Shown here: in pieces, positions 59,575 through 64,000 of the stretch
Layout of the letters: each line of letters opens with the position of its first letter
Numbering within the stretch: position 1 is the first letter of the stretch
Source of the DNA: Haliotis rubra
Lineage: Eukaryota
Reading direction: 5' to 3'
Assembly: GCF_003918875.1 (NCBI RefSeq)
Contig: NW_025766973.1
Location: 806,001-870,000 of the forward strand
DNA length: 64,000 nucleotides
Notes under the pieces: generated by a model
What the model saw: only the letters and a program-made list of their open reading frames with translations
What the model was told of the DNA's origin: nothing
Database searches by the model: none
Translations under genes and position numbers: made by a program

Positions 59575-62140
59575 TCATCTTTAAGGTGGTCCATCCATCA
59601 ATGAGCTATCTGGATGTTCTATATTGGTCAACCATGCAAGTACTATCTGGATGTTCTTTAGTGGTCAACAATCCAAGTACTATGTGGATGTCCTCAGGTG
59701 GTCATGCATCCAAGTACTATCTGGATGTCCTCAGGAGGTCATGCATCCAAGTACTATCTGGATGTTCTTTGGTGGTCAACAATCCAAGTACTATGTGGAT
59801 GTCCTCAGGTGGTCATGCATCCAAGTACTATCTGGATGTTCTTTGGTGGTCAACAATCCAAGTACTATCTGGATGTCCTCAGGTGGTCATGCATCCAAGT
59901 ACTATCTGGATGTCCTCAGGAGGTCACCCATCCAAGTACTATCTGGATGTCCTCAGGTGGTCACCCATCCAAGTACTATCTGGATGTTCTTTGGTGGTCA
60001 ACAATCCAAGTACTATCTGGATGTCCTCAGGTGGTCACCCATCCAAGTACTATCTGGATGTTCTCAGGTGGTCACCCATCCAAGTACTATCTGGATGTTC
60101 TTTGGTGGTCAACAATCCAAGTACTATCAGGATGTCCTCAGGTGGTCATGCATCCAAGTACTATCTGGATGTTCTTTGGTGGTCAACAATCCAAGTACTA
60201 TCTGGATGTCCTCAGGTGGTCATGCATCCAAGTACTATCTGGATGTTCTATATTGGTCAACCATGCAAGTACTATCTGGATGGTCTTTAGTGGTCAACAA
60301 TCCAAGTACTATGTGGATTTCCTCAGGTGGTCATGCATCCAAGTACTATGTGGATGTCCTCAGGTGGTCAACAATCCAAGTACTATCTGGATGTCCTCAG
60401 GTGGTCAACAATCCAAGTACTATCTGGATGTCCTCAGGTGGTCATGCATCCAAGTACTATCTGGATGTCCTCAGGTGGTCACCCATCCAAGTACTATCTG
60501 GATGTTCTTTGGTGGTCAACAATCCAAGTACTATCAGGATGTCCTCAGGTGGTCATGCATCCAAGTACTATCTGGATGTTCTTTGGTGGTCAACAATCCA
60601 AGTACCATCTGGATGTCCTCAGGTGGTCATGCATCCAAGTACTATCTGGATGTTCTTTGGTGGTCATGCATCCAAGTACTATCTGGATGTTCTTTGGTGG
60701 TCAACAATCCAAGTACTATCTGGATGTCCTCAGGTGGTCACCCATCCAAGTACTATCTGGATGTCCTCAGGTGGTCACCCATCCAAGAACTATCTGGATG
60801 TTCTTTGGTGGTCAACAATCCAAGTACTATCAGGATGTCCTCTGGTGGTCATGCATCCAAGTTCTATCTGGATGTTCTTTGGTGGTCAACAATCCAAGTA
60901 CTATCTGGATGTCCTCAGGTGGTCATGCATCCAAATACTATCTGGATGTCCTCAGGTGGTCATGCATCCAAGTACTATCTGGATGTTCTTTGGTGGTCAA
61001 CAATCCAAGTACTATCTGGATGTCCTCAGGTGGTCACCCATCCAAGTACTATCTGGGTGTCCTCAGGTGGTCACCCATCCAAGTACTATCTGGATGTTCT
61101 TTGGTGGTCAACAATCCAAGTACTATCTGGATGTCCTCAGGTGGTCACCCATCCAAGTACTATCTGGGTGTCCTCAGGTGGTCACCCATCCAAGTACTAT
61201 CTGGATGTTCTTTGGTGGTCAACAATCCAAGTACTATCTGGATGTCCTCAGGTGGTCATGCATCCAAGTACTATCTGGATGTTCTTTGGTGGTCAACAAT
61301 CCAAGTACTATGTGGATGTCCTCAGGTGGTCAACAATCCAAGTACTATCTGGATGTCCTCAGGTGGTCATGCATCCAAGTACTATCTGGATGTCCTCAGG
61401 TGGTCACCCATCCAAGTACTATCTGGATGTCCTCAGGTGGTCATGCATCCAAGTACTATCTGGGTGTTCTATATTGGTCAACCATGCAAGTACTATCTGG
61501 ATGTTCTTTAGTGGTCAACAATCCAAGTACTATGTGGATGTCCTCAGGTGGTCATGCATCCAAGTACTATCTGGATGTTCTTTGGTGGTCAACAATCCAA
61601 GTACTATCTGGATGTCCTCAGGTGGTCATGCATCCAAGTACTATCTGGATGTTCTATATTGGTCAACCATGCAAGTACTATCTGGATGTTCTTTAGTGGT
61701 CAACAATCCAAGTACTATGTGGATTTCCTCAGGTGGTCATGCATCCAAGTACTATGTGGATGTCCTCAGGTGGTCAACAATCCAAGTACTATGTGGATGT
61801 CCTCAGGTGGTCATGCATCCAAGTACTATCTGGCAGTCCTCAGGTGGTCATGCATCCAAGTACTATCTGGATGTTCTTTGGTGGTCAACAATCCAAGTAC
61901 TATGTGGATGTCCTCAGGTGGTCACCCATCCAAGTACTATCTGGATGTTCTTTGGTGGTCAACAATCCAAGTACTATGTGGATGTCCTCAGGTGGTCACA
62001 TATCCAAGTACTATCTGGATGTTCTTTGGTGGTCAACAATCCAAGTACTATCTGGATGTCCTCAGGTGGTCATGCATCCAAGTACTATCTGGATGTTCTT
62101 TGGTGGTCAACAATCCAATACAAGTCCTATCTGGATGTTC
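59575..62140 (-). repeat. 37-bp minisatellite, ~69 copies, related to 5S rRNA box C
   Basis: + strand unit CCAAGTACTATCTGGATGTCCTCAGGTGGTCACCCAT and variants. Confidence 0.95.
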
Positions 62141-63883
62141 CGACCACCTGCACACTGTTTACACATCCACTTTGAGCCCTCACTTTCTAAGTACAGAATA
62201 CTGGAACAAAGTTTTCTATTTATTTTATATTCTAGATTTTAAACTTTTGGATATAGATTAGATTTTTGGGTCAACCTATTACCGATGCTGTTAACAGTGC
62301 TTCAGGACAAACAGAGACATGTCAGGCAGTGCAAATGGCTGTGAGTTGGTATCACTTAGAATGAAGACAATGGAATATAAAACATAGTTTCCACTGATCT
62401 TTAACTTCCTTCTGTACCAGTGCTTCATAACAGCACAACACGAACATACCATAGCAAATGTGAAAAAATATCAATCACATCTCACATATATTAAGGTGAA
62501 GCAAGTCATCACATTTTGCAATACGATTATAAGTTTCATTAAAAGTTTAACATTGATAAAGTGATGCAAAGAAAGCAGAGCCATCTCATCCCAAGATTCC
62601 AATGTACTCTATCAGATAGGGAGCAATATGTGGGTTAGGTTAGTAGACGATACAACAGCGTTAGCTGTGAGCACTGACAGGAATGTCACCCACACAGTAC
62701 ACAATACAATACAAGATGTTAACGAGGGTGAAACTGTTGCACAAAGTACATCTACAATATCAATTACATCAAAAAGAACAAATTTAAATGAGTAACTGAC
62801 TGATGAACATTGAGGACAATTGTATGCATATAAAACTTCTTTATTCTGTACAGGCAACGTTTCAACATAGATTCTAATGTTGTTGTCAAGCAAGTGGTGA
62901 CGACGACATATACGTCAAAACGTCGCCTGTACAGAAAATCGAAGTTGTATATCCATAAAATTGTCCTCATTCTTCATTTCCTCAACTTCTAGAATGCTAA
63001 TCAAAGAGGTGACTGATGAAGGTTGAAATATGCAGGTCATCTTGGGAGAATATATAACATAGAATGTATATATTTGTAAATAATGTACCAGTTATGCTCA
63101 TAGAACTTTCATGATAGTTTAGCAGTATTACTCATCCTCAGATACCACCAGGCATATATACAGTGATTTTTAACTGAGTTTGTATGAAATTGATTTTGTG
63201 AAACAAGGAGTAGAATGTCAAAACTAATTCCAAGTGTAAATCTTTAAGGATATAGATGTGAATGTATTAATCTCCCTCACATGTTTTGAGAGGTTGTAGT
63301 TGTATAAAACTAGGCTATAAAGTTTACACTATTATTGTGATATACTAGCAATACAACCATTGTGATGTCATTACAATTGTGACACTAGCCTCAACAATGG
63401 AGACTGTATTCCATCAACAATATTTACTGCATGAAAGTTTTGTTACATGTGCATTGTATGCTTGTTTATTAATCAAGGTTCAAGGATCATCGTAAATAAA
63501 TCACATGTAATGTAAATGTTCTGTTTGTTTTGACATTGATGTAACTACATCCATCACTTGGGTGTTTGATAAATGTTGGTGGTGTGACCCCAACTTTAAT
63601 ACTACCAGCTAGTTCAGTGGAACACATCTACAGTTTTAAACTGAAACCATTATGAACACTTCATGTTACTGTTGTTTTAGTTGATTTTGGCCAAAATTTC
63701 ACGAACAATTCCAACATGCATTTTAAAGAAGCAAAACTGATGTAACTATAGCTTTTTAAATATAATTATAGGGAAAATGTGTATCATGGTTTAAGTCCTG
63801 GAAATTAGTCAAATCTTTGGATTCCAGAAGTAGGGTTGGGTTGTTGATTCACTTCTGAGATCAACAGATTCTCACAATTTATC

Positions 63884-64000
63884 CATTATGGACATACCTG
63901 TAGGAATCTGAGGACATTGTGGACATACCTGTCTGAGGAATCTGAGGACATTGTGGACATACCTAGAGGAATCTGAGGACATTGTGGACATACCTGTAGG
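63884..64000. repeat. ~31-bp tandem repeat running off the window end
   Basis: TGGACATACCTGTAGGAATCTGAGGACATTG, about 4 copies. Confidence 0.9.

Noticed and set aside
59575-62140. CRISPR array or 5S rRNA gene cluster
   Set aside because: No unique spacers or cas genes, and the context is eukaryotic. Units hold only the box C part of 5S, not a ~120-nt gene.
59541-62261. Long overlapping ORFs of up to 825 aa
   Set aside because: Product of a 37-bp repeat lacking stops on one strand. The same peptide appears in all three frames, and the region is intronic and antisense to DAGLA.

Overview
Eukaryotic (metazoan) intron-rich DNA. The SINE repertoire suggests a gastropod mollusc, possibly abalone (inferred, not verified). 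Two spliced genes converge tail-to-tail. (1) A PPP1R32/SAXO4 (IIIG9) orthologue on the + strand has 11 coding exons (1914-12882, ~460 aa) and carries a 1-nt frameshift in an A6 run at 3048-3053. (2) The 3' part of a diacylglycerol lipase alpha (DAGLA) orthologue on the - strand runs from 58332 down to 25255 (~970 aa in window, Ser/Asp/His triad intact); its TM-encoding 5' exons were not found and probably lie beyond the window end. The rest is SINEs (tRNA-derived, V-type, 5S/Deu-type and a headless family), MITEs, Tc1 and L2 relics and many minisatellites. Most long ORFs in the supplied track are repeat artefacts. Main observations: several tandem arrays are amplified copies of the genes' own exon/splice-site junctions, including in-frame duplicates of the catalytic-His segment; a ~2.5 kb 37-bp array derives from the 5S rRNA box C region; a phase mismatch in DAGLA points to hidden microexon(s); and the PPP1R32-DAGLA linkage mirrors human 11q12.
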